A DNA stretch of 64,000 bases from Hormiphora californensis (lineage: Eukaryota > Animalia > Ctenophora). Where the stretch lies: the NCBI GenBank assembly GCA_020137815.1, contig CM035350.1, positions 3,906,001 to 3,970,000 of the forward strand. Direction: 5' to 3'. Every line of letters begins with the position of its first letter. The first letter of the stretch is position 1. Of the stretch, positions 53,619 to 64,000 are shown piece after piece. Below the pieces are notes generated by a model that did not search any database, was not told where the DNA came from, and was given only the letters and a program-made list of their open reading frames with translations. The position numbers and the translations under genes were made by a program.

Positions 53619-54012
53619 AATCATGAAATTGATGGGGCATGTCAACCTTAGAAGGTAGCACATGCCACATTTTACAGGTCCATCGTCACGTGCAGAATAT
53701 GGCGAGTATCAACCCACAAGGCGGCGTTTAGTATTTCGGGACAAGAGCAGCAGACACCAGGCCGGTGAAAATACTTGATAGTTGATGGGGCATGTTTTTG
53801 ATGTTCAAGACTCGAAAGGGCGCGATTATAATCTGGGTGTCTAAAGTCGGATTTTTTGAAACTGTCGCACCCCTGAAATAACAAAATTTGCCATATCTCC
53901 GATTCCTGATAAGATAGACTTGAAATTTGGAGGTTCGGAAGAACTTAGCAAGATCTTCGTAACCTCCAAATTTCAAGTTTCTATCTCATCAGGAACCGGA
54001 CTTATAGTCATC
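53619..54012. repeat. ~390-bp dispersed repeat, direct copy at ~59737-60129
   Basis: Near-identical sequence, giving duplicate spurious ORFs in the track. Confidence 0.9.
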
Positions 54013-54459
54013 CATATAATAAATCCCATAATGTTAGTCAGTCTGTCCGTTAATTGGTTTTTCAAACTCCTCCCACAGTTTTTGAGCTAGACCCCTAAAA
54101 ATTTGTACACGGGTACCTTGGACCAAGGCGGATGTAAGTACGGGCTCAGATTTTTGATCCGATCTTTACAGCAGTGACGTCACGGGGTGACGTCATTGCG
54201 ACAAAAAGACCTACATTTTTCAAACGCTTCTAAGACCCTGAAAACGGCTCTAAATCAAAAAACTAACGCAATAGTGGGGAAAGAGAATCGTTTGAACTTC
54301 ATTTTACTTGATAGCGATTTCCCGTAACTCAATGTTTAAGGGTCGTAAATCGCGTCGGGAAAGTTAAAAATGCCAAAAATACGATATTTTTCACCGTAGC
54401 CACCCAAAATCTTATCCAATCGATATGAAACTTGGTCGCTATGTGAATTTTAATGTCCT

Positions 54460-54660
54460 TAGGGATCCCTAAAAAAGTTCAGTATTTACACAGCGTTTAC
54501 ACCAGAGCGCTGTGATTGGCTGAAATTTCTGACGATGGAAAATTTAAGCCAATCACAGCGCAGATTTCAAAATTTTTCTTCCCACGCTACCGTGGGAAAA
54601 ACTGAAATGGCTTAACTGGTGTAAACGCTGTGTAAATACTGAACTTTTTTAGGGATCCCT
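54460..54660. mobile_element. Palindromic MITE family C (AGGGATCCCTAAAAAAGTTCAG ends)
   Basis: About 45-bp inverted ends; related element at 60533-60830. Confidence 0.8.
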
Positions 54661-54762
54661 TTTGGCCAGGGGTTCCCGGAAAACGGATTGGCAAGATGAG
54701 AACTGACCGGAGTCGGGAGTTCTTATAATTCACGAATTTGGAATTTTTCGTCGACTTTTTTT

Positions 54763-55035
54763 GGAAAACGTTAAAATCTGGGTGCCTTTCATTGCTAACA
54801 ATTCGTAGTTTTGGCGCGCGCGACGGGTTAGGGCTATCCGTTAGGGTATGGTTAGGGTTTGGTTTGGGGTTATCGGTTAGGGCTATCGATTCTCTAACAG
54901 ATACCGTTTAGTTTATTCAAATTGGCCATATGGTTGCGTGGCTATAGCCGTTTGAAAAAAGTCGGTCTAAGTGTACTCTTTTGGTAGCGCGCACCTGTAT
55001 ACACGCTGCAAGGCACCCAGATTATAATCGCGCCC
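54763..55035 (-). mobile_element. MITE family A copy, 9-bp TSD
   Basis: TSD ACTTTTTTT on both sides. Confidence 0.85.
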
Positions 55036-55423
55036 ACTTTTTTTTGCGACATAAAACGCGAGGAAATTTTCAATGAATTTTAAAATTTTACACTGCGCGC
55101 GTAATTTTAGGTTCTGCGCGGCGTAAAAAAGCAGCGCTTTTTTGGGAAATTTCGCGCGTTACAGTAAATGATTTACCCGCCTCGCCGTTTTTCAAAAACC
55201 CAATGTGTATGATAGGAGCGGTTAGATCACCATTGAAAAGCGCTGCCTTATCCCGCGCTGCGCGTGGCGCAGAACAGGGGCCAGCAACGTTTATTTGCCA
55301 AAGATCACCACGTGGTTAAAGTCGCGTGCCACCCCTTTTTGCGCATTGTCATAGCTCGGGTACTCTAGTTTAAAGAAACTAGAAAACTCTAAAAAACGAC
55401 AGTTATTTAAAATCAGACTATAC

Positions 55424-57133
55424 TCCATTTTTTTTCAACTGTTCACCCCCCAAAGTCGTGCGCGGAATTGTTTTGCGCGTCTATCAGTGATAGTATCACA
55501 TGTTAAGGGTACGCTAACCAAAAATTTTTTTCGAGTGCAGGGAAATCTCTCACCGTAGGGTTGTAGGCCATGCCAAGGAGACCTCAAATATGCAATTTGA
55601 GCTCTCAAGTCGAATTCATATTTTTGCTACAGCTGTTTAAAAAATGTCCTGAAAATACGTTTTTGGCATATCAAAAAAATTTTTTTAAAGATAGGAGCAT
55701 GAAAATTTGGGGATTTGAAGAGGACATATAGTCCATTTTTTTTCAACTGTTCACCCCCCAAAGTCGTGCGCGGAATTGTTTTGCGCGTTTATCACATGTT
55801 AACGTGTAGCGCGCGCAGCGTAAATTAAAATATCGCACGCGCACGAGTTGAGGGGTGAACAGTTGAATAAAAATGGACTTTAAAGGTGAATAACCACAAA
55901 AATTTTTTTTGCAATCCGAGCTGATTTCCGGTCCTGAGATGGATTTCTTTTTTTCCACTTTAACGCCCTATTTGGCAAAGTTCCGAAAACATGTGAAAGC
56001 TGTAAATTGGTGAAAAGTTGCGTCTAACGATTATCTAAGTGGCCATAAATTTTGGGCGGGTCCTTATTTGAGATAAGCTGTACAGAATTTTTTTTGTGAA
56101 AGCCGTCATTTCAGAAATAAATAAATTCCCTGTATCTCAAAAACGGCTGATCGTAGAGACCTGAGACTATGCTTAAACGATTCAGAAGGTCCGATTTTGG
56201 GGGGGTCTTCTGAGAGACATTTTGCTCCTACTTCAACCGTTTTTGCTATAATTGCGAAAAACAAATTCTATGAAAAGGGCAAAAGCTAAACTCCAATATC
56301 CTGTATTTAGGGAATTTTGGCTAAGAAAGGACCGAAACTATGGAAAAATATGTAACAAGCTAATTCCTTCACTATTTGGTCCATATGGGTCCCTATAATC
56401 ACCAAAAACAAAATCACAAAAAATCCACGATGGCGAAGATGGGTTTTTGTTTTTCGCAATTACAGCAAAAACGGTTGAAGTAGGAGCAAAATGTCTCTCA
56501 GAAGACCCCCCCAAAATCGGACCTTCTGAATCGTTTAAGCATAGTCTCAGGTCTCTACGATCAGCCGTTTTTGAGATACAGGGAATTTATTTATTTCTGA
56601 AATGACGGCTTTCACAAAAAAAAATTTGTACAGCTTATCTCAAATAAGGACGCGCCCAAAATTTATGGCCACTTAGATAATCGTTAGACGCAACTTTTCA
56701 CCAATTTACTGCTTTCACATGTTTTCGGAACTTTGCCAAATAGGGCGTTAAAGTGGAAAAAAAGAAATCCATCTCAGGACCGGAAATCAGCTCGGATTGC
56801 AAAAAAAATTTTTGTGGTTATTCACCTTCATGTCCTCTTCAAATCCCCAAATTTTCATGCTCCTATCTTTAAAAAAAATTTTTTGATATGCCAAAAACGT
56901 ATTTTCAGGACATTTTTTAAACAGCTGTAGCAAAAATATGAATTCGACTTGAGAGTTCAAATTGCATATTTGAGGTCTCCTTGGCATGGCCTACAACCCT
57001 ACGGTGAGAGATTTCCCTGCACTCGAAAAAATTTTTTGGTTAGCGTACCCTTAACGTGTAGCGCGCGCAGCGTAAATTAAAATATCGCACGCGCACGAGT
57101 TGAGGGGTGAACAGTTGAATAAAAATGGACTTT
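55424..57133. mobile_element. Large foldback element with nested small MITEs
   Basis: ~55510-56265 is the reverse complement of ~56450-57055, apart from a ~150-bp insertion; repeated GTCCATTTTT..CAACTGTTCACCCC ends. Confidence 0.8.
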
Positions 57134-58087
57134 ATAGACCGAATTTTTTCAAACGTCTATAACCACGCAACCACATGGCAAATTTGAGTAAACTAAATTG
57201 TATCTGATAGAGAATCGATAGCACTAACCGATAACCCCAAACGAAACCCTAACCACACCCTAACGGCTAACAACAGTGAACAGCCCTAACCCGTCAAGAC
57301 CGCCAAAATCGATGAATTGTTAGCAATGGAAGGCACCCAGATTATAACTTTGCCCGACTCGAAAGGCATGGTTGAGCTGTCTGGCGCGCGACCCATCTGA
57401 GCGCACTGTCGCGCGCTCAGATTAGGGTCTGGTGTCACAATATATCACGCTGCGTGAGTGATCTGGTGGGATCGTGATTTCACGCGCAAATAGTGAGCCG
57501 CGCTAAAAATCAGGCTTATTTTGCAACGCCGCGGCGCGTTTTCCTTAAAATATCGCATTTTCAAAATTTCAAAAATTTCGCCGGGCAACTTTTCGCGATT
57601 TTTTTTGTCAAAAAAGTTTTCGCGACAAACTTTTTTGAGTTAATGGTTACGGACACTTTAAAAACACAAACCCCAAGTGAGGGTTTTGATATGGGTTTCT
57701 TGTCACAGAGACTCGCGATGCCAGTGTTTAATAATTCAAAATGGAGATGTGCAATTGCCTGTTATATGTTTGATTTGATTCTTCTTCAGAAACCGGAACC
57801 ACTTTCTGTGTCTGAAATAAAACTTTGTTCACTATAATTTTAGCTAACGCCCGTCAATGTCATTTTAGCTAGATTTAGATCAATTTGAGAATCGAATGGG
57901 GGTATGGCACCGCCATACAGAGTTTGACAAAGTTTTGTCTGGCACCCCCCAGTAGCTACAGACTACAGTTGCAGTCCCGTTCTCCCGCCTTTTCTCACTT
58001 TCAGCTCTGTTGCATTTGTTCAGCTTGTTCCTTGTTTATACTTGTGTTTTGTTAGCTAACCCGGTCAGCAAGACCGCAGCCAAAGTG

Positions 58088-58145
<58 letters not shown>

Positions 58146-58557
58146 CCTCCCTCTCATTAATAATCCCTCTCATTACATCCTCCTTCTATCTCTCTTTGTG
58201 CAACTCTTCACTTGGTGCAATTTGTTTTTTGTCCGCTTTTCTCTCCGCTCTTTCTACAGAGTTTCAATCTGTCAACTGCCCTGTTTTGATCTCTCCAAGC
58301 CCCCCTCTTTGTTACACAGTAACGTGTGTATCGTACATTCTTTCTGTACACCCACCTCTCCCCTTCTCTCTCCGCTCTTTCTACAGAGTTGCAATCTGTC
58401 AACTGCCCTGTTTTGATCTCACCAAGCTACACTCTTTGTTACATGTGTGTTTTTAAATGACTGAGACTGTTCAAATCGACATAGCGTCAAAAGTTGTGAA
58501 TATTTTGCTCTGAAATGTTAGGACAAGGTAGATGGCTACCTGCCATTTATTGTACTC

Positions 58558-58978
58558 GAATTTCAGCAAAATCGGTCGTTCCTGAATGAACCTGTAGCCC
58601 AAAAACCTCCTCTAACTTTGAGCGCTCAGATCTCTGTAACCTGATGAGGTAGAGAGCTCAAACTTTCACAATATGTTCATTAGACAATTTACAAACTTTT
58701 GGCTGCTTGGTTTGGCGATATCTTTTTTAGTTCCTTCACAGGAACACGGCAAAGTGGTGTAAGTCGGCCTAATTGGGAGCATTTTTGCACTCAGGTATCA
58801 CGTATCGCGTGTCTTACTGGAGGTAATCAGCCCCCAACAATGTGTTACACCGATTCTGTAATTGGTTCTGAGTGTGGCAAAGTGTGGCGCTTCGTCAGCA
58901 GACGTGATCATAGTGTCTGAAATCGGTCACAAGCTGAAATCCAGACAAACTTTTCTAATTCTCTTCCTTTACATTCTG

Positions 58979-59073
<95 letters not shown>

Positions 59074-59673
59074 GTTACAAGGTCACGTGATTAGATGTGG
59101 AACATCTCGACACGATAACAACGTCTAGTGTCACCGATTCGCTCTCTCTATCTGCTGAGTATAACTCTCTCGTCATGACGAAGAAGATGTGACTCTCTTC
59201 CTTTCTCTCTATTTCTCTCGCTAACTCTTTCTCTCTCTTTCTTGTCATGATGAAGCGCCACGCTCTACCACACTCAGCACCACAGCTAGGCACGTGACCT
59301 TGTCAACGATTTCAGACACTATGATCACGTCTGCTGACGAAGCACCACACTTTGCCACACTCAGAACCAATTACAGAATCGGTGTAACACATTGTTGGGG
59401 GCTGATTACCTCCAGTAAGACACGCGATACGTGATACCTGAGTGCAAAAATGCTCCCAATTAGGCCGACTTACACCACTTTGCCGTGTTCCTGTGAAGGA
59501 ACTAAAAAAGATATCGCCAAACCAAGCAGCTAAAAGTTTGTAAATTGTCTAATGAACATATTGTGAAAGTTTGAGCTCTCTACCTCATCAGGTTACAGAG
59601 ATCTGAGCGCTCAAAGTTAGAGGAGGTTTTTGGGCTACAGGTTCATTCAGGAACGACCGATTTTGCTGAATTC
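58558..59673. mobile_element. Foldback element with ~370-bp inverted arms around a (CT)n-containing core
   Basis: 58558-58930 is the reverse complement of ~59305-59673. Confidence 0.85.
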
Positions 59674-59736
59674 TTATAGATATACTTTTCAATTTTAAAG
59701 AGTGGTTTAGACTAAGCGGCGGATAGCTTAATATTA

Positions 59737-60129
59737 AATCATGAAATTGATGGGGCATGTCAACCTTAGAAGGTAGCACATGCCACATTTTACAGGTCCA
59801 TCGTCACGTGCAGAATATGGCGAGTATCAACCCACAAGGCGGCGTTTAGTATTTCGGGACAAGAGCAGCAGACACCAGGCCGGTGAAAATACTTGATAGT
59901 TGATGGGGCATGTTTTTGATGTTCAAGACTCGAAAGGGCGCGATTATAATCTGGGTGTCTAAAGTCGGATTTTTTGAAACTGTCGCACCCCTGAAATAAC
60001 AAAATTTGTCATATCTCCGATTCCTGATAAGATAGACTTGAAATTTGGAGGTTCGGAAGAACTTAACAAGATCTTCGTAACCTCCAAATTTCAAGTTTCT
60101 ATCTCATCAGGAACCGGACTTATGGTCAT
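59737..60129. repeat. Second copy of the ~390-bp dispersed repeat
   Basis: Matches 53619-54012. Confidence 0.9.
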
Positions 60130-60532
60130 TTAAAGAAATTAGAAAACTCTAAAAAACGACAGTTATTTAAAATCAGACTATAGACCGAATTTTTTCAAAC
60201 GTCTATAACCACGCAACCACATGGCCAATTTGAGTAAACTAAATTGTATCTGATGGAGAATCGATAGCACTAACCGATAACCCCAAACGAAACCCTAACC
60301 AGACCCTAACGGCTAACAACAGTGAACAGCCCTAACCCGTCTCGACCGCCAAAATCGATGAATTGTTAGCAATGAAAGGCACCCAGATTATAACTTTGCC
60401 CGACTCGAAAGGCATGGTTGAGGTACTGGAAACGTGTCAAAGGAACAGGGCAAGGGAAAATTTCAGATTTTTAAGACTGATATGCAAATTTTTAATTTTG
60501 GCAAAATTTGCAAATTTGCAAATTTTGGAAAA

Positions 60533-60830
60533 ATAGGGATCCCTAAAAAAGTTCAGTATTTACACAGAGTTTACACAGTCTTTACTCAGTCGTTACACCC
60601 AGAGCGGCGCGTGCTGCGCACAGTGGCTTTTTCCAAGAAAATATTGGATTGTGTGCTGCACAAATGACAAAATTGAGCGCTGCAGCGAAAAAAGTTTCCG
60701 AAAACGCTGCAAATCGAGTGCGAAAGACGCAGTCGTTACACCCAGAGCGGCGCGGGCGCTCTGGGTGTAACGACTGAGTAAAGACTGTGTAAACTCTGTG
60801 TAAATACTGAACTTTTTTAGGGATCCCTAT
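60533..60830. mobile_element. Palindromic MITE family C
   Basis: About 75-bp perfect inverted ends ATAGGGATCCCTAAAAAAGTTCAG. Confidence 0.85.
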
Positions 60831-61012
60831 CATCAAAAAATGTATTATTTTTGAAAAATTTTTGACGATTTTTATTTGCGCTGCATAATTTAATATTAAA
60901 TGGAACGCGCGAAAAATTAAACTTTTTGCGCTGCAAAAACGCGCGCGTTAAATAAATTTCTAATTTCATTTTTTTTACCAACTTTAAAAATTTAGAAACT
61001 TAAAAAAACTTG

Positions 61013-61579
61013 TTGGCATACGTTGCAGGCCCCTTATAATATAATATAAGGGGCCTGGAGGGAATATCGCGCTAGGGGGGAATACATAATCAATCATATC
61101 TCCGGTTCCAGATAAGGTACAGAAATCGTTTTGGTAGCGTTGGAAAGAGGAAGATAACAGCTTTCAAATGCAACCGGTTTCAGGTCTCTATCTTATCAGG
61201 AACAGGAGATATGAACCAAACTCCGCAAAATCGAGTGCGGTAAAATCAAAATTTGAATGAAATTTTAAAAAAGGTGTCCCTGCAAGAATCTGTGACGTCA
61301 CTTTTTGAAAACAACCCATCTTTCAACGGCTATTGCTCAGCCTCCTTAAGTCCAATTAACTTCTCTCAAAAACAGCAAGGTAGATAATCGTCAGATCTAA
61401 CAACTGGTGAAAGAATCAAGTCAAACGGACTTCAGGAGCCAAAGTTATAAGCACCGCCGTTTTTTCGACCGCAAAGTTATCTTCGACCCAGCCGGGATCA
61501 GGCCAAACGCGCGCGCGGCATTCCCTCCAGTCCCCTCGTTGCGGGGGTGCGCGCATGAGGGGGCTGCAGCGCATTCCAA
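61013..61579 (-). mobile_element. MITE family B copy 3, 9-bp TSD
   Basis: Reverse complement of 33666-34231; TSD AAAAACTTG. Confidence 0.88.
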
Positions 61580-61668
61580 AAAAACTTGAAAAGCAGTGTT
61601 TGCCAACTCTGTGGTGAATTATGCAGCCATTCTTTATTGTGTCTCTACCTCTTTTCTCCGTGTCCTAA

Positions 61669-61941
61669 GGGCGCGATTATAATCTGGGTGCCTTGCAGCC
61701 TCTTTACAGGTGCGCGCTACCAAAAGAGTACACTTAGACCGACTTTTTTCAAACGGCTATAGCCACGCAACCACATGGCCGATTTGAGTAAACTAAACGG
61801 TATCAGTTAGAGAATCGATAGCCCTAACCGATAACCCCAAACCAAACCCTAACCAGACCCTAACGGATAGCCCTAACCCGTCGCGCGCGCCAAAACTACG
61901 AATTGTTAGCAATGAAAGGCACCCAGATTTTAACGTTTTCC
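61669..61941 (+). mobile_element. MITE family A copy, 9-bp TSD
   Basis: TSD GTGTCCTAA at 61660-61668 and 61942-61950. Confidence 0.88.
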
Positions 61942-62699
61942 GTGTCCTAACACAATATACCTATGGTACACCCGCACACGTGTTCCTATGTTCATTCACT
62001 GTTTGCCAACTCCCAAAAACATTTGGAACGATCGGAGAAGGTCGGGGCAACTGGCACACCCTAACTGCTAACGAATCCCCCCGGAAAGAACCTGTCCCTG
62101 CGGTCAATTGAATCCCATCAGCAGAACTTGTGCTGTGCCGTAAATGCGGACAGTTAAAAAGCGGTTAGCGGACTATAAATTTATATTTTGTATTGTATTG
62201 TATTGTATTGTATTGTAATTCAACTGCAAATTTTCGGGGGGGGGGGAGGCTCTGCCCCTTCACGCCCTGGTCTGCCCCTAAACGCCCTGGTCCGTTGTGG
62301 GCCCCACCCCCGACACCACATGGGAGGACGCGGCTGAAAGCCGGACACCGCCCCTGCTTCCAATCCTTTGGGTTTGCAAATTAAGGTTTTAAGAATCCAT
62401 TTCCCGGACCTGAGTTTTACCTTGAGACTTGTTTGTTTGTTTGTTTGTTTGTGATTGCTGCGTCTGGAGGATGACCTGCCCGAAAGTAGTAGAGGCCGCA
62501 CCGAACACGCTTATTAGGCGCCCCAGCACGTCCTCCACTCCGCCGTAGCAAGGCCACCCACCAATCAGTTTATGCAGAGCATGTTACTTCAGACGCTCCA
62601 GGAAGACCGTGGTCAACCACTGGCGACACCGAGCGGCGAGACCCGCACGGCGTCGACAGGGGTATCACACTACTCCTGGCCTAAATCAAATTCTAAGGT

Positions 62700-64000
62700 T
62701 TGTGTTAAGCTGGATCAGGTATCGTTTTGCCTTTGAGAGATTCTTGAGTTCGTTTGGTCTGGAACAAGGTAACGATTTGCCTTTGAGTGTCTTGAGCTTG
62801 TTTTATCTGGAACAAGGTAACGTTTTGCCTTTGTGGTAGTCTTGAGATGTTTTGTTCTGGAACAAGGTAGCAAGTCTTGGACTTGGTCTGGATCAAGGTA
62901 ACGTTTTCCATTGTGAGTACGGTCTGTCAACAGCGCTAGCTAAATGTACTAAGAATAAGATTTTAATCTCGCAATGGCAACGTTCATATTTTGGATACAA
63001 CTGTACATAACAACGGATTGACAAACTTACGACCTTGATGGATGTGATGGGTACCGTGACGTGTTGGTGATGAGATGTGAAGTGTGTCCATTTCCAGTAG
63101 AGACAAAGATAAACGAAAACGATCAAACACAAATAAGGGGTAGGACAGATTGTAGGGCTAATGGAATGTAAGATCTCCGAAATAGCTCTGAAATTTTTCT
63201 AGAAAAATTCCAGTTCCGAAACAGCCTCCGAAATAGCTTTTGAAATAGCCCTTGAAATAGCTTCCGAAACAGCTCCTGAAATAGCCCCCGAAACAGCTTC
63301 CGAAACAGCTCCGGACGGGTGGCAGAAACGGCTCACACGGCCCATCCGGCAGCCGCACGACCACCACGAACACAAGGACACTCATATAAAAGCGAAAACC
63401 AGTGAACCCGACCAATTTCAATACGCCGAATCACGTGAGCAACTCTGGCAAGCGCTCAGATTCGAAGAAAGCGCCCCAACCGAGCACAATTGGGTGCAAT
63501 TGACCGGACCCACAACCCTTCTCCCGAAAACGCTACAAGTCAATGCGAGGGCACTTCTCCGACCAAATTCGATACGCCGAACCACTCAAGCAACTTTTCC
63601 CAGTCCCAAAAGGCGGGGAAATTGCCCCAATTGAGTCTGATTAGGTCTAATTGACCATAATTGCTCAATTAGGACACTTTCTTCACCTCTGAGGGCTCGG
63701 AAAAGCCGCTTACGTGATTCAGCGTACCAAAATTAGTCGGGAACACCGGCTCCCGCTCCTATACGAACGCTCTTGTGCTCACAATGATCGCGCAGCCGCC
63801 AGACGAGCCACACGAGCCGCCTCTACCACCCGGTCCGAAGCCGTTTCAAAAGCTATTTCAAAACTACTTCAAAAATAGGTACTTCAAAACTAGTTTGATC
63901 TGAATATAAAAGCGAAAACCAGTGTACCCGACCAATTCCAATACGCCGAATCACGCGAGCAACTCTGGCAAGCGCTCAGATGTGAAGAAAGCGCCCCAAT
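62700..64000. repeat. Subterminal-type repeat region: ~48-bp TCTGGAACAAGGTAAC repeats, 12-bp GAAAYAGC repeats, and a ~95-bp direct repeat (63385 and 63905)
   Basis: Directly visible; probably part of a larger transposon that continues beyond the window. Confidence 0.6.

Noticed and set aside
58641-58665. CTGATGA...AAA as a hammerhead (also CTGATGA..GAAA at ~39546)
   Set aside because: No stem II or stems I/III can be formed; it is a recurrent MITE-internal motif.

Overview
Eukaryotic (animal) genomic DNA, most likely a ctenophore of the Pleurobrachia type. That call rests on a 44-nt sequence at 40895-40938 (-) that matches my recollection of the Pleurobrachia spliced leader (SL), and on AG acceptors just upstream of most start codons. 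Positions 1-53.5 kb are gene-dense. They hold a FAM120-like PIN protein, NOP58, a C-factor-like SDR, RIOX1/NO66, RTRAF, MPV17, a gelsolin/severin with a GPCR nested in its last intron, a DMA-domain plus eh1 (Dmrt-like) gene, PAIP2, NIF3L1, a DNAJB6-like gene and an RS/RRM protein. The last 10 kb is a nest of MITEs and foldback elements. Mobile elements include a full-length CRE-clade retrotransposon with TSD and poly(A), a Penelope-like fragment with a hammerhead ribozyme, a triple tRNA-like tandem unit and several MITE families with 3-, 8- or 9-bp TSDs. The two most striking observations are: (1) a genomic SL exon fused directly to an ORF1-only LINE-like gene, and (2) intronic minisatellites in at least four unrelated genes that are built from the intron's own 3' splice region. 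About 21.0-22.4, 25.6-28.5 and 29.8-30.5 kb look like low-quality consensus sequence, and several genes carry probable error frameshifts. Coordinates were read by eye.
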